Under the pieces are notes generated by a model. That model was not told the DNA's origin, searched no databases, and saw only the letters and a program-made list of their open reading frames with translations. Shown here piece after piece: positions 26,221-39,395 of a stretch of 64,000 bases of DNA (positions are counted from its first letter, which is position 1; each line of letters begins with the position of its first letter). A program made the translations under genes and the position numbers. The DNA lies in assembly GCF_009914755.1 (NCBI RefSeq), contig NC_060929.1; one strand, given 5' to 3'. The DNA is from the human T2T-CHM13v2.0 reference genome, Homo sapiens.

Positions 26221-26552
26221 TACTAAGTAGTGAAGGGCAAATGGGTAGAGTGAGGCCTCCACTGTGAGAAAAATGAATTGAAAAAGCGATTTAGGCATTA
26301 AAGAAAACAACGTAATATTCTAAGCCACAAATGCTTGCTGGTTTTTTTTTAATGTTGCTGTTGATTTTTTTTCCCCAAGCCACATGTAGAAGATTGGTCT
26401 AAGTTGAATGAATGAACTTCCTCAAATCAACTTCCTCCATGGGATTTTTCAAGAAATCACAACCCAAAGTCTATATGTTGATAGCATTACTGCTTGCCAA
26501 TTTCTTACTTATCCCAGGTTTATGTTGTTTTAATAATTATTTAATTGCCTTA

Positions 26553-26700
26553 AAGCCAAGCACAGTGACTCACACCTATAATCCTAGCACTTTGGGAGGC
26601 TTAGGTGGGAGGATCACTAAAGTCCAAGAGTTTGAGACCAGGCTGAGGAACATAGCAAGACTCCATACTTACAAAAAACTTTAAGAAAAATTACATTTAA
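26553..26700 (+). mobile_element. FLAM / Alu left monomer
   Basis: agccaagcacagtgactcacacctataatcctagcactttgggagg; one arm only. Confidence 0.85.
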
Positions 26701-26824
26701 AAAAAGAAGCAGAAAATTCTGTATTAGGTTCCCAGGGTAAAAATTTTTGAGGGAAGTCAGAAGAATAAAAAGAGAATGCCTTATATTTAAATTCATGAAT
26801 TCATTCATTAACTATTTTGAGTGC

Positions 26825-29048
26825 TGATATGATTTGGCTGTGACCCCACCCAAATCTCATCTTGAATTGTAGTTTCCATAAGCCCCATGTGTCATGGGAG
26901 AAACTTAGTGGGAGATAATTGAATCATGGGGATGATGGTTTTATAAGGGGTTTTTCCCCTTTGCTTGTCACTCATTCTCTCTCCTGCCACCTCGTGAAGA
27001 GGTGCCTTCTGCCATGATTGTAAGTTTCCTGAGGCCTCCCCAGCCATGTGGAACTGTGAGTCAATTAAACCTCTTTTCTTTATAAATTACCCAGTCTCAG
27101 GCATTTCTTCATAGCACCGTGAGAATGAACTAATACAGTAAATTGGTACTAGAAGTGGGGTGCTGCTGTAAAGATACCCAAAACTGTGAAAGTGACTTTG
27201 GAACCAGGTAACAGGCAGAGGTTGGAACAGTTTGGAGGGCTCAGAAGAAGACAGGAAGATGTGGGAAAGTTTAGAACTTCCTAGAGACTTGTTGAATCGC
27301 TTTGACCAAAATGCTAATAGTGATATGGACAATGAAGTCTAGGCTGAGGTGGTCTCACATGGAGATGAGGAACTTGTTGGGAACTGGAATAAAGGTGACA
27401 TTGCTATGTTTTAGCAAAGAGACTGGAGGCATTTTGCCCCTGACCTAGAGATCTGTGAAACTTTGAACTTGAGAGAGATTATTTAGGGTATCTGGCAGAA
27501 TAAATTTCCAAGCAGCAAAGCCTTCAAGGTGTGACTTGGTCACTGTTAAAAGCATTCAGTTTTATGTATTCATAAATATATGGTTTGGAATTGGAACTTA
27601 TGTTTAAAGGGAAGCAGAATATAAAAATTTGGAAAATTTGCAGCCTGATGATGCAATAGAAAAAAAAACATTTTCTGAGGAGAAATTCAAGCCAGCTGCA
27701 GAAATTTGCATAAGTAACGAGGAGCCAAATGTTAATCACCAAGACAACGGGAAAAAAGGCCCCATGGCATGTCAGAGGTCTTCATGGAAGCCCCTCTCAT
27801 CACAGGCCCAGAGGCCTAGGAGAAAAAAAGGTTTTGTGGGCCAAGCCCAGGGCCTTGCTGCTTTGTGTAGTCTCAGGACTTGGTGCCCTGCCTCCCAGCC
27901 TTGGCTAAAAGTGGCCAATGTAGAACTCAGGCCATTACTTCAGAGGGTGCAAGCCCTAAGCCTTGGCAGCTTCCATGTGGTGTTGGGTCTGTGGGTACAC
28001 AGAAGTCAAAATCAAGGTTTGGAAACCATCTAGATTTCAGAGGATGTATGAAAATGCCTGGATGTTCCAGGCAGAAGTTTTCTGTGGGGATGGAGCCCTC
28101 ACAGAGAACTTCTGCTAGGCAGTGTGGAAGAGAAATGTGGGGTCAGTGCCCCACACAGAGTCCCTATTGGATACTGCCTAGTGAAGCTGTAAGAAGAGGG
28201 CCACCATCCTCCAGAATGCAGAATGGTAGATCCACCAACAGCTTGCACTATGTACCTGGAAAATCTGCAGACACTTAATGCCAGCCTGTGAAAGCAGCCA
28301 GGAGGGGTGCTTTACCCTGCACAGCCACAGGGGTGGAGCTGTCCAAGGACATGGGAGCCTACCTCTTGCATCAGTGTGACCTGGATGTGAGACATGCAGT
28401 CAAAGGAGATCATTTCAGAGCTTTAAGATTTGACTGCCCTGCTGGATTTCAGACTTACATGGGGCCTGTAGCCCCTTCATTTTGGCCAATTTCTCCCATT
28501 TGGAATGGGTGTATTTACCCAATGCCTGTATCCCCATTGTATTTAAGAAGTAACTAACTTGCTTTCATTTCCACAGCCTCATAGGCAGAAGGGACTTGCC
28601 TTGTCTCAAATGAGACTTCAGACTTGTACTTTTGGGTTAATGCTGGAATGAGCTAAGACTTTGAGGGACTGTAGGAAAGGCATGATTGTGTTTTGAAATG
28701 TGAGGACATGAGATCTGGGAGGGGCCGGGGGGGAATGATATGGTTTGGCTGTGTCCCCACCCAAATTTCATCTTGAACTGTTGTTCCCATAATCTCCATG
28801 TGTCATGGGAGGGACCCAGTGGGAGGTAATTGAATCATGGGGGTGACAGTTTTAGAATGGGGCTTTTCCCCCTTTGCTTGTCTCTCATTCTCTCTCCTGC
28901 TGCCCTGTGAAAAGGTGCCTTTTGCCAGGATTGTAAGTTTCCTGAGGCCTCCCCAGCCATGCTTAACTGTGAGTCAATTAAACCTCTTCACTCTAAATTA
29001 CCCAGTCTCAGGTATTTCTTCATAGCAGCATGAGAACAGACTAATACA
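26825..29048 (+). mobile_element. Complete THE1 (C/D-like) MaLR provirus: 5' LTR 26825-27137, internal region, 3' LTR 28736-29048; inserted in an antisense L2 3' end
   Basis: tgatatg...ctaataca termini; perfect 5-bp TSD agtgc (26820-26824, 29049-29053); purine tract before the 3' LTR; internal ORF remnant 27629-28033 (ENLQPDDAIEKK). Confidence 0.95.
26916..26926 (+). promoter_or_regulatory. DUX4-type motif TAATTGAATCA in the THE1 5' LTR (also at 28827-28837 and 51024-51034)
   Basis: Matches TAAYBBAATCA; DUX4 binding to MaLR LTRs is established, but occupancy at these copies is unknown. Confidence 0.6.
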
Positions 29049-29859
29049 AGTGCCTACAATGGACCTGGCACCATATGAAGCTCAAGGATAGCATGATTGA
29101 TTATAAATCAGTCACAGTTTCTTTCTTTGTGGTGCTTATATTTCAGTAGAAAAAAGTGCATCCCTAACGTATACAGTAATTAAGCAATAGTAGGAAGATA
29201 TCAGGAGAGGTAGGTGGATGTCTTTAAAAGAGAGAGCTTTAGCAAGTAGACTTTCTCCACCATTTCCAGCTTTTCATTTCAGAAATATCTTCCTCATGCA
29301 TTCACACATTATAGGAACTGCTTATATATTTGATCTCCAAGTTAAATGAAGTACTAGTTCAAGGAGAATTAGGCCATCTATACTTAGGATTGAATTAATT
29401 CCATTCAATGCCATGTAATTTATTGAGTGCTCAGTATTTGAATAATCTCAAATACAAAACTGAGATTAAACTGATCAAGGTCATAATCCCTGGCTCTGAG
29501 TCAGTTATTTGACATTTCAAGTTTCAACAACATAATATAGGAATAACTGCTTGTGTAATACTTCCCAGGAGGCAGAAGGAAAGCCTTTCTGCTTTGAGAA
29601 CATGAAGGAAATAGCAAAGAACCAAGAAAATTGTAACTGCTCGAAAATTAATTTTAATTAGGAAATGTAGACACAACACCAAACAAACATTAGTCTTTAT
29701 TTTCATTAATAAAAGAAAATCGAGGTATTCCACAGTGCTAATGGGAAGAAGTATGTTTTGGTACTCAGAAAACATGCCTGGCATCAGTAATATTTTGCAA
29801 AGTAGAAATTGAACTTCTTGTTGGCCCTCGATAATTTTTCTCTTGAGTTGAAAAGGGAG

Positions 29860-30366
29860 ATTTAAACATGGCCTATAAGGCTCTACCTAATCTGTTCCCA
29901 GCCCCTGTCATTACCTCAGCTCCTACTTTTGTTTATACGTTCAGTTCCAGCACCCCTGGCCTCATCTTCACTGTTCCTCAAACATACCAGTACTGCTCCT
30001 GCCTCAGAGCTTTGTTACTTGCTATTCCCTCTGCCAGGAATAACCCTCCATGAACTATCCATGTACCTTATTTCTCACATCAAGTCTTTGTGCAAAAGTC
30101 ACCTTCTCCAGTTGGCGTTCCCTGATCATATTATGTAAACTACAAACCTTTTCCCAGTGCTTCCCAGCTTTATTTTTCTTCTAACTCTTGGTCAGTATCT
30201 AATATGTTATTTACCTTGCCCATAATTTCTATCCCTGCTAACAAATAAGTTTCTTAAAGGTAGGGACTTTTTTCAACTGTTTTGTTCACCACTATAGCCT
30301 CAAGAGCTAGAACAGAGCCTGGCACATGGCATGCATTCAATAACTTTTTGTGAGTGAATGAATAAA
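29860..30366 (+). mobile_element. L2a 3' end
   Basis: catggcctataaggctct...ctagaacagagcctggcacat...gtgaatgaataaat tail. Confidence 0.85.
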
Positions 30367-31151
30367 TAGCATAGCCAGCTACAGCTGGAAAGGCCACAAA
30401 GGAAGCACTTGCAACTTGGTGTGAAACCACCTAGATATAATGGTTTCAAGAACTCTGAATGCCTCCTTGAAAAAGGATCACTGATCTCTTTCCTCTTCTT
30501 CAAAGATATCAGAAAGTAAAATTTTTTTAAACCATCCAGCGATGTCAATAAGTTTATGTCTGATTTAAACCACTAAATGGAGCCATTATCAAGAAGAATA
30601 CCTGTGCAAGAACAGAAATGATTGCCCGATCAGGTCAAAATAAAACTATACCCTACAACCCTTGAATTATGACTGGCATAAAATACAAACCACCTAGCTA
30701 GACCAAATCTCATAAGATCCCAACAAGCTCCAGGCACCAGGGTTATCATTCTTTATGAGCAATTCCAGGCAGAAAAATTATCTTTACAGTGATTTCAAGC
30801 ATTAAGTTGGCTATAAAATACAACGATTGGCAAAGATAGTTATGGCACCTCTCAGTAAAATAAGACTATGCAATTATCATGAAAATAGACTTTCAACAGC
30901 TATTCTTATAAGCATTTTATTTTCATGCTAAAGGCAAACACATTAGCAGAAAACATGCATATATATGACTTTATAATTTACTTATATATCTAATGAGTTA
31001 CGTAATGTCTGTTGAGGGCTATGGGTTCACCTACAGCTAGTTTAGTCATCATAGCAAGAGGCTACAAAGATTCTACACTTAAGTACAAATGCAATGTTAC
31101 CATTTATTACAAATTACCTTTCCCCCTCTTAGTAGAAGTAGGGCAGAATAG

Positions 31152-31512
31152 AAAGAAGCTCCTCAGTAGAGTTACATCCTGATAAACCTATCGTAGTTTG
31201 AAAATACTGTAAGTTGAAAATGCATCTAATACACCTAATCTACTGAACACAATACTTAGCCTAGCCTACCTCAAAGGTGCCCAGAACATCTCCATTAGCC
31301 TACAGTTAGACAAAATTATCTAACATGAAGCCTATTTTACAACAAAGTATTGAATATCTTGTGCAATTTTTTGAATACTATACTGAAAGTGAAAAACAGA
31401 ATGGTTGTATGGGTACTTGAAGTAAACTTTCTACTGAATGTGTATCCCTTTCACAGCATCCTAAAGTCAAAAATGCATTAAGTTGAACCATCCATAAGTC
31501 AGAGATTGTCTG
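31152..31512 (+). mobile_element. Tigger4b (Zombi) non-autonomous DNA transposon
   Basis: gttacatcctgataaacctatcgta...cttagcctagcctacct...aagttgaaccatccataagtc..gtctg followed by TA. Confidence 0.85.
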
Positions 31513-31824
31513 TAATCAACCCATGAGGTATTCCCAAAATAAATGTTCAACTTATTGGCTTCTGTCATAACTTCCATCAGTAGAAACAAGCCCTTTCTTC
31601 CACAATTAAGCATAAAGCTTCTCAGAAAAATATCCTTAAGAACAGCAACATTTTAGCTTAAGTTCACAAAAGTAATGCTTGGTATTAGATCCACTCCTTA
31701 GGATATGATTTGATAATGAAGAGAGTTTAAGAACTCTTCATTCCCTCTTCTTACTTTTACTGTCTTTTAATGTATTTTGTTTTGGTTATTGTTGTTGTTA
31801 GTAAAATAACAACACCATAGAGTA

Positions 31825-32650
31825 TGTTTCCTCTATGAGTTTGACTGTTTTACTTACGTCATATAAGTGGAATCATGTAGCATATCTTCTATGACTGGCT
31901 TATTTCATTTAACATAATGTCATCAAAGTTCACCCATGCTATCACATATTGCAGAATCTCCTTTTTTTAAGGCTGAATATTCCATTATATGTATACAGCA
32001 CATTTTTAAAAATTCATTCATCCATTGATGGACATTTAGGTTATTTTAACTTCTTGGCTATTGTGAATAGTGCTCATATCTCTTTGAGATATTGATTTTA
32101 ATTCTTTTGGGTAAATATCCAGAAGTGAGATTGCTAGATCTTATGGTAGTTATATTTTTAATTTTTGAGTAATTTTATACTGTTTTTAATAGCAGCTACA
32201 CCAATTTACATTCCATAAACAGTATACAAGAGTTCCAGGTTTTCCACATCCTCACCAACACTTGTTACATTTTGTCTTTTTGGCAGTAGCCACCCTAACA
32301 GGTGTGAAATTATGTCTTACTGTGCTTTTAATTTGCATTTCCCTGATTAGTGATCCTGAGCATTTTTTCATATACCCATTCGCCATTTGTATATTGTCTT
32401 TGAAAAAATTAATATCTAAAATATGCAAGGAACTCACAGAACTCAATAGTATTTTATATCACACACACATATAGGAGCTCACACATCTCAACAGCATTTT
32501 AAATATATATATATATATGTTTGTGTGTGTGTATAATGCTATTAATTTTTGTGAGTTCCTTATATATTTTAGATATTAATCCCTTTTCAGATGCATAGTT
32601 TGTAAATACTTTCTCACATTCTGTAAGTTGCATTTTCACTCTATTGAGTG
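31825..32650 (-). mobile_element. L1MA9/L1MB-type 3' fragment containing an inverted duplication
   Basis: atataagtggaatcatg...tccattgatggacatttagg...tttgcatttccctgattagtgat; minus-strand ORF IQMANGYMKKCS..IREMQIK. Confidence 0.85.
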
Positions 32651-33339
32651 ATTTATTACTTTTTAGTAGAAGATTGTGACATAAATCAAGAAAGTAATAG
32701 AGATAAAATAATCATAGGCAAAATTAAGTAAATCAAGTTTGTTAACTTTCAATCAGTGGAACATAGTTCACTAGATATTTGATGGTTTTCAACTGGGGTT
32801 GAGGAATGAGAATGCAATCATGATTCATTTGAGAAAGTGTCCTTGGTGGGTATCGCTAACTCTCTCCCTCCCAACTCTCTTTAGGGTGTAATACAAAACC
32901 AGAAAAATAAAGCCAGCAGTGGGGGAGGGGCGCAGATAAAGAGGTCACTTTAGATTAAGGTAGTCTCCCATAATGTCTAGGGGAAAGCAGGCATGGGAAC
33001 TGGAGAGAGAAAGAGATGGAGAGAGAGAGAGGAGAAAAAGAAGAGTGGAAACAAAGGGAAAAAATGGGTTCTGTGGTTCCTTTGGGCCAGTTAATAGAAG
33101 CCTACAATTCCCTAGAGGAAGATGCTGCACCTTCAATTGCTGCCTCTTGTGTATTGTCTGGGAAGCTAAGCCCAGTGGACCTGAAGGATACCTGCCATGG
33201 TAAGTGGAACTCATCTCAGGCTCAGTGCTGTGGAGAGGCCTTAAGGTTGCCCTCACACTGCTCACACTCCTCACTAGGTTGTTACTCTCCTAGCTCTAGA
33301 GACACTACTAGCCTAAACTACTTTCAGAAAATTATGAAC

Positions 33340-34540
33340 AGTTAATGAAAATTAAAATTCACTGCAGGAAATCCAAAAGCTGACGGAAAAATCCCAAGCT
33401 AACATCTAGAAGAGGTGAATTCCACTAAAGAAAAACTGATGGAAAAGATATATGAGAAGCCTCAAGAAGATAATTTAGAACACAAAGAAGATTTTCTAAG
33501 TGTTAAAATTATGACATTTTAACTTTAAAAGTAAAAAAACAAAATGGCATTCACTGATGAGAATCAAATTTGTACTCTGGGAAGACAAAAAGAAAAGAAA
33601 TAGTTCCTAATATATAAACACAAAGATATTTTAATTATGAAGGAAAATGCAAGACACTGGAAAGGCAGATGGAATAGTGATATGGACTGGAAGCAGGGAA
33701 ATATTGGGTACAAGAGGGCGGTCCCCTCAAGCCTGGACCCATGGTCCAAAGTGAGAACATGCATTCCTGTTTTCCCACCCAAATGTGGCCTTTTCCAAAA
33801 CCATCCTGGCCCACCCTGCCCCCCATCCTGTAACCATAAAAACCCCAGGCCCCACCAGTGGAGCAGCACAGTAGCAGAGCAGCAGAGAAGGAGAGGAAAG
33901 AAGAGAAGCAGCAGCCAGATGTTGGAGAGAAGCAATTTGACTTCAGAAGGATGGTTTGATGGCAGGACCTTGGAGAAGAGTTCAGACAGGGGCAGCTGAA
34001 TTCCAGGCGAGGACCACCTTACCACTCCATCCCCTTTCCAGCTCCCCATCCTGCTGAGAGCCACTTCCACCACTCAATAAAATCCTCCACATTCACCACC
34101 ATTCAATTCGTTTGTGCAACCTGATTCTTCCTGGACACTAGACAAGGACCTGAGTGCAGGTACAAGAAGTTGTCACCTTGACCCTCCACTGAGCTGGTTA
34201 ACACTTAAGCTGTCCACAGATGGCAAAGCTAAAAGAGCACACTGTCGCACATGCCCTAGACACTGCCACAGTCCCACACACAGTTCTGCTCCTGCTGGTT
34301 GCCCAGAAGCACTTGTCCTGGTCTCTGTACCCACTCACATGAGTGCTTCCCCTTCCACAAGGGGTTGAGAGCTGTGAGCTGAGTAAATGAGCCAACCCCT
34401 TTGTGAGTCCTGCAAAGGGGGCAGGGAACTATCCTATTTCAATAGTAAGGACAGATCCAGAAGAGAAAGGAGAATAAACAGGGAAGCAATAATAAAACAA
34501 ATAAATAGATAAAAATTCTTTAAGCAGCAGCCTCTTGGTG
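33340..34540 (+). mobile_element. Very old L1M/HAL1 ORF1-like relic flanking the LTR1
   Basis: A-rich ORF1-like DNA on both sides of the LTR (e.g. ccagaagagaaaggagaa..gaagcaataataaaacaaataaatag). Confidence 0.35.
33678..34441 (+). mobile_element. Solo LTR1-family (ERV1) LTR
   Basis: tgatatggactggaagcagggaaatattgggta...gggaactatcctatttca; ccataaaaa and aataaa signals; 4-bp TSD atag at 33674-33677 and 34442-34445. Confidence 0.9.
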
Positions 34541-34624
34541 TCCAAACATTCTTGAGCCTGAGAGGGCTTAGTGACTGAGGCCGTGCTGTCCTTCTCCCAG
34601 TTGTGAAGAGGCAGCTCAATGTGG

Positions 34625-35015
34625 ATTTTCTACTTCCAGTTAGGACAGAGTAAGCAACATCACATCCTCTCTCTCTCTCTCTCTCACTGATTATAACTAA
34701 AAATCCTAGACAGGATGCATAAATAGACTAACTGAGGACTCTGAAAAGTAAATAAAAGCAAGCAGATTGAAGAGAAATATAAAGCACAAAGAATAAGCAA
34801 TATGGCAGAGATTTTCTTCAGGGCTGTTTTCTTCTCTCATGCCTCTGGGATTAGGCTCCAGAGCAGCCAGAATCCTGGAACTGCACAGAGGGTATGAGCA
34901 GAAAAAGCGCCAAGAGAAATCCTCTCTCTGGCTGGAGGACCACAGAGGAGGTTAGGAGGGTCACTGCAAGGCAGAGGCCCTGGGAAGAATCCCTCAGTTG
35001 TCCCTCACCTTTTCA
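34625..35015 (+). mobile_element. Old L1M 5'-end fragment
   Basis: ctacttccag..aactaaaaatcctagaca..gaggactctgaaaagtaaa resembles L1MC/MD/ME 5'UTR starts. Confidence 0.45.
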
Positions 35016-35020
35016 ATGTC

Positions 35021-35409
35021 TGTGATGGTTAATTTTATGTGTCAATTTGCCTGGGCTAAGGGATGCATGCGGGGTGTGTCTGAGAGGGTATTTCTAGAAG
35101 AAATTACCATTTAAATCAATATACTAAGTAAAGAAGATCTACCCTCACCCATCCATTGCAGACCCACCCAAATAGAACAAAAGAGGTGGAGGAAGGGTAA
35201 ACTCCATCGTCCTGAGCAATTGATATCAATCTTCTCTTGTCCTCAGACATCAGAACTCCTGGTTATAACAATGGTTCCTCTGTTTCTTGGGTCTTTGGAC
35301 ATAGACTGAATTACACCACCAGCTTTCCTGATTCTCTAGCTTGCAGACAGCATATCCTGGGACTTCTCATGCAAGCCAGTTCCCATAATAAATCTCTTCC
35401 TCATATGTC

Positions 35410-35460
<51 letters not shown>

Positions 35461-35508
35461 ACGCGTATCCTCATTTGTTTTGTCTGTCTGAGAAACCCTG
35501 ACTATTCA
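35021..35508 (+). mobile_element. Solo MLT2 (ERVL) LTR with a (TA)n(TG)n microsatellite
   Basis: tgtgatggttaattttatgtgtcaa...gactgaattacaccaccagctttcctg...gagaaaccctgacta. Confidence 0.88.
35410..35468. repeat. (TA)n(TG)n(CG) alternating purine-pyrimidine tract
   Basis: Direct read; 59 nt of unbroken alternation. Confidence 0.95.
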
Positions 35509-35614
35509 CATGATGGAATACTGCACAACAGTAAAAATGAATGAACTGAGCTACATCTGCCAATATAAATAAATCTAAAAGCTACAGTGTTAAACTAAAA
35601 TAGCAGCAGAATAA

Positions 35615-36312
35615 TGAAACAGCCATTGCAAAATTATAACTGAGAAAATGAAATAGATTTGACCTAACCAACTCCATCTTGCTTCTAATCTCCAAGCTGT
35701 TCTTGCTCATTCCTGGGTGTAGGCTGAACCAACTTTGGGAGGACCTTAATTTATATTTTGAAGCAAAAATGATAATGGCCCTTTCCCAAAACAAATCCCC
35801 TTATTGCCTGGAGAATAGTCTACCTTGGAGGACTAATAAATTAGCCAAAAGATTAGAAATTATGATATAGGAGTCACGCAACTAGAGACTACAAGATTTT
35901 GACCCTCCTCAAATTGCTCCTGGGGATAACATCATTATTGTAAAACCTAAGATCAGTGCTTGAGATATTTTGCAGACTCCACACTTGATGGATCAGCTGG
36001 CACCACCTAGATCAATAAACTGGCTCAACTGATCTTGTGGCCTCCTCTTAGGAACTGACTCAGTGCAAGAGGGCAGCTTTTACTCCCTATGATTTTATCT
36101 CCAACCCAACCAATCAGCACTCCCAACTCATTGGTCCTTACCCAGCAAATTATCCTTAAAAGTTCTGATCCCAAGTGCTCAGGGAGAGTTATCTGACTAA
36201 TAACAAAACTCCGGTCTCCCACACAGCTGGTTCTGTGTGAATTACTCTTTCTCTATTGCAGTTCCCCAGATAAATCTGCTCTGTCTAGGCAGTGGGCAAA
36301 ATGAACAGTACA
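35615..36312 (+). mobile_element. Solo LTR8 (ERV1) LTR
   Basis: tgaaacagccattgcaaaattataactgaga...actccatcttgcttctaa...ctgtctaggcagtgggcaa; 3' terminus eroded, no TSD seen. Confidence 0.88.
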
Positions 36313-36454
36313 AGACCATGTGCATAACATTTTAAAACATCCAAAGCAATTCTATATTTTTATTATATAAATGCATGCAAAGGAATTAAAAACATGAACT
36401 CAGGGTGGTGGTTACGTCTGGAAGAGGTAGGAGAATGTGACTCATACTACATAA

Positions 36455-36748
<294 letters not shown>

Positions 36749-37397
36749 TAAGCTAGGTGGGAGCTACATAGTTGTTATATAATTATTCCCTATATTTCTT
36801 CAGTATACAAAGTGATACTAATTTTACTTATAAACATTGATGCAAAAATTCTAAATAAAATATTAACAAATTAAATCCACGAGTATATAAAAAGAATAAT
36901 ATACCATGAAAAAGTGTTTATTATATCCATCAGTATAATTTGTTACATCAACATGTAACTGTGTATTTAAAGAAAAATGACCACTCACAGAGTTTATTCC
37001 AGTAATGTAAGGCTGAATCAACAGCAGGAAATCCAGTAACATAATTCATGGCACCAAAGAAAAGACAAATCCTATATGATTGTATATTGAAAACGTTATT
37101 TGATAACATTCAAAGGTTAAATGGATATAGAAAAACTAAACGTACTATTTTAGAAAGCTGTTTGCTCCTCCAAAAGAGAAGTTTTATCTCCTTGAAGTCT
37201 GGGTATTTGGTAAAAAATCAAGAAGTTTAAAAAATTATATATTTACCAAAAAAACAAGAGCCAACATTACACTAAAAACAAAATGTTAAAATCAAGAATA
37301 AATCAGAAACAACCTTATTGCCATTATTTTTTAATGTGGTTTTAGAAGTTTTAAGCTAAAGCACTGAGACCAGAGTTGAAATAATCAATTCATATAA

Positions 37398-37527
37398 GTA
37401 AGAAATAAAAAACAAGATCCTACATCCCCAACCAAGTGAACAGATCCTCTCTTGGCCAAGGGGACCCCAGGGAAAGCTTGGAAGCTGTGTTCCCAGCAGC
37501 CATGACAGGCTGGGAGGTCAGACAGCC
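37398..37527 (+). mobile_element. 5' fragment of a MER34/MER39-type ERV1 LTR
   Basis: ctctcttggccaaggggaccccag...gccatgacaggctgggaggtcagaca. Confidence 0.55.
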
Positions 37528-37609
37528 TGAATAACAAACAACTGACCAAGAGATTACTGGATATGGTTTTTAGCACAATATCACATATATCTCTTAGTGA
37601 TTGTGTTAG

Positions 37610-37965
37610 CCAATTTGAGTGTTGATTTAGAGATCTGCTCTCTCATCTAGGAGATTTGCAGAGTAGATGATACAAAGCCAATATGGTAGCTCTGTGACAT
37701 CCTGATGGGAGTACAGGACAAAAGGCACCTCCCTCAGCTATCTGTCCCCACTTTAAAAGAAATCTGTAAAAGTCCCACCCAACAATTCTATTTGCATTTC
37801 ACTGACTAGATCTGAGTCACTTGGCCATACATATCTGAAAGCAAGGGAAAAAAATGTAATTTTCTATTATAGCTGGCCTCACTGCTACCCCAGGCAAAAT
37901 TAAGGTTCTGTTGGTAAGGAAGAAAGGAATACAAGACATTGGCTAGGCAACTTGAAGTCTGCCAT
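37610..37965 (-). mobile_element. MLT1 (J/K-like) LTR fragment
   Basis: gagtcacttggcca...ggttctgttggtaaggaagaaagg...ggctaggcaact..agtctgcca. Confidence 0.55.
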
Positions 37966-39395
37966 TCTACTGTAATAAATATAGCACAGTATTAGCATAG
38001 CAACAGAGAAATAGCTGGGTAGAACAGAGTAGCAGTCTTGAAATAGATACAAGTATATATGGGAATCAAATTAGATATTATATGTCAGCTTAGAGGGGAA
38101 AGATGTTTTGTTTAATACATAAATGGTGCTGGCATAATTGGCCGCTCTGGAGGAAAACAAAGTTAAACACCCATTTTACATAACATATAAAAATAAATTA
38201 CTAATAGATTTGAAATTTAAATGCAAAAAATAAACATGAAGAAAATTTAGAAAATAAATAATTTTAGAGTGGGAAATGCTTCCTAAGCAGAAAAGGATAT
38301 GTAAGCATTACACAATTTGAATCCATGAAAATGGAAAATCTATATGGAAAAAGAGGCCATAGACAAACTCTAAAGATGATCAATAGATTTGAAAAAAATA
38401 ACACATGTGAGAAACACAGGGTTAGTATTTCTAAAGTATCCAAAGCTCCTGCAAAATTTTAAGAAAATCACAAACAACAACATATAAAAATAAGCAAGGA
38501 ATTAAAAACAGACAACTCATGTAAGAAGAAATTCAAATGGCCAATAAATACATGCAGAAGGAAACATCAGCTGAAAACTAGATGTCAGGGAGATGAAAGG
38601 TAAATAAATGAGATGTATTTTCTACCCTGCAGATTAGTCTTGATTAAAGTATGCAAAATCATTTCATGTTGGTGAGGCAGCAGACATTCTCAATATAGCT
38701 CATGGGGCTAAAGAGCCATGTATTTTCTTTTTGGGAAGCAATATAGAAAAACCTATTAAAACTATACATATATATATATATATACTCTTTGAGCAAGCAT
38801 GCTCACTTTTGAAAACCTCTAACAGTTAAAACATCAGTATAGAAGAATATGTTAGAAGATAACACATAGAAATTCCAAGGTTGCTCATAGTGGCAAAAAC
38901 TGAAAACAATGTGAATGTTAACAGGCACATTGTAAAATAAATGTCATTACCTCCATATTATAAATTATCATGCAACAGCTAAAAAGTGCATGAGATTGAA
39001 AAAAAAGTCAGGTTTCAGAGTAAGATATATAAACTATTCCCATTATGGTTTAAAAAAAGGAAGGAAACTCATCCCACAATTGTATATGTGTTTGGTGTAT
39101 TTGTCCAGACATGATGAATGATGGGGAAGGACACAAATCATATTGTTTACAGCAAAGATTTCAAAGGAGTGGAGCTAGAGATAGGATACAAGGCAGAAAA
39201 GTTATTTTGTGTATTCATCTTTGGCCCCTTACTTTCTTCAATGGACATGTATTACTTTTGGGATTTAAAAATTAATTGTGGTTTGACTGCCCATGTCACC
39301 AAAGTAATGAAGTTTTGTCAAATAATAATTTTAGTTTTTCCTACAGAAAGAGCTAAACAGATTTTTTTCACCCAACATTTGTACCCTAAAATTGG

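Larger units (their letters stand above)
36830..39280 (+). mobile_element. Fragmented L1ME-type ORF2/3' relic, interrupted ~37395-37960
   Basis: attgatgcaaaaattctaaataaaatattaacaaa; aaatggtgctggcataattgg; caaatggccaataaatacatg. Confidence 0.7.

Noticed and set aside
33564-34073. 169-aa minus-strand ORF and overlapping ORFs
   Set aside because: Mostly inside the LTR1 solo LTR, with no recognisable domain.
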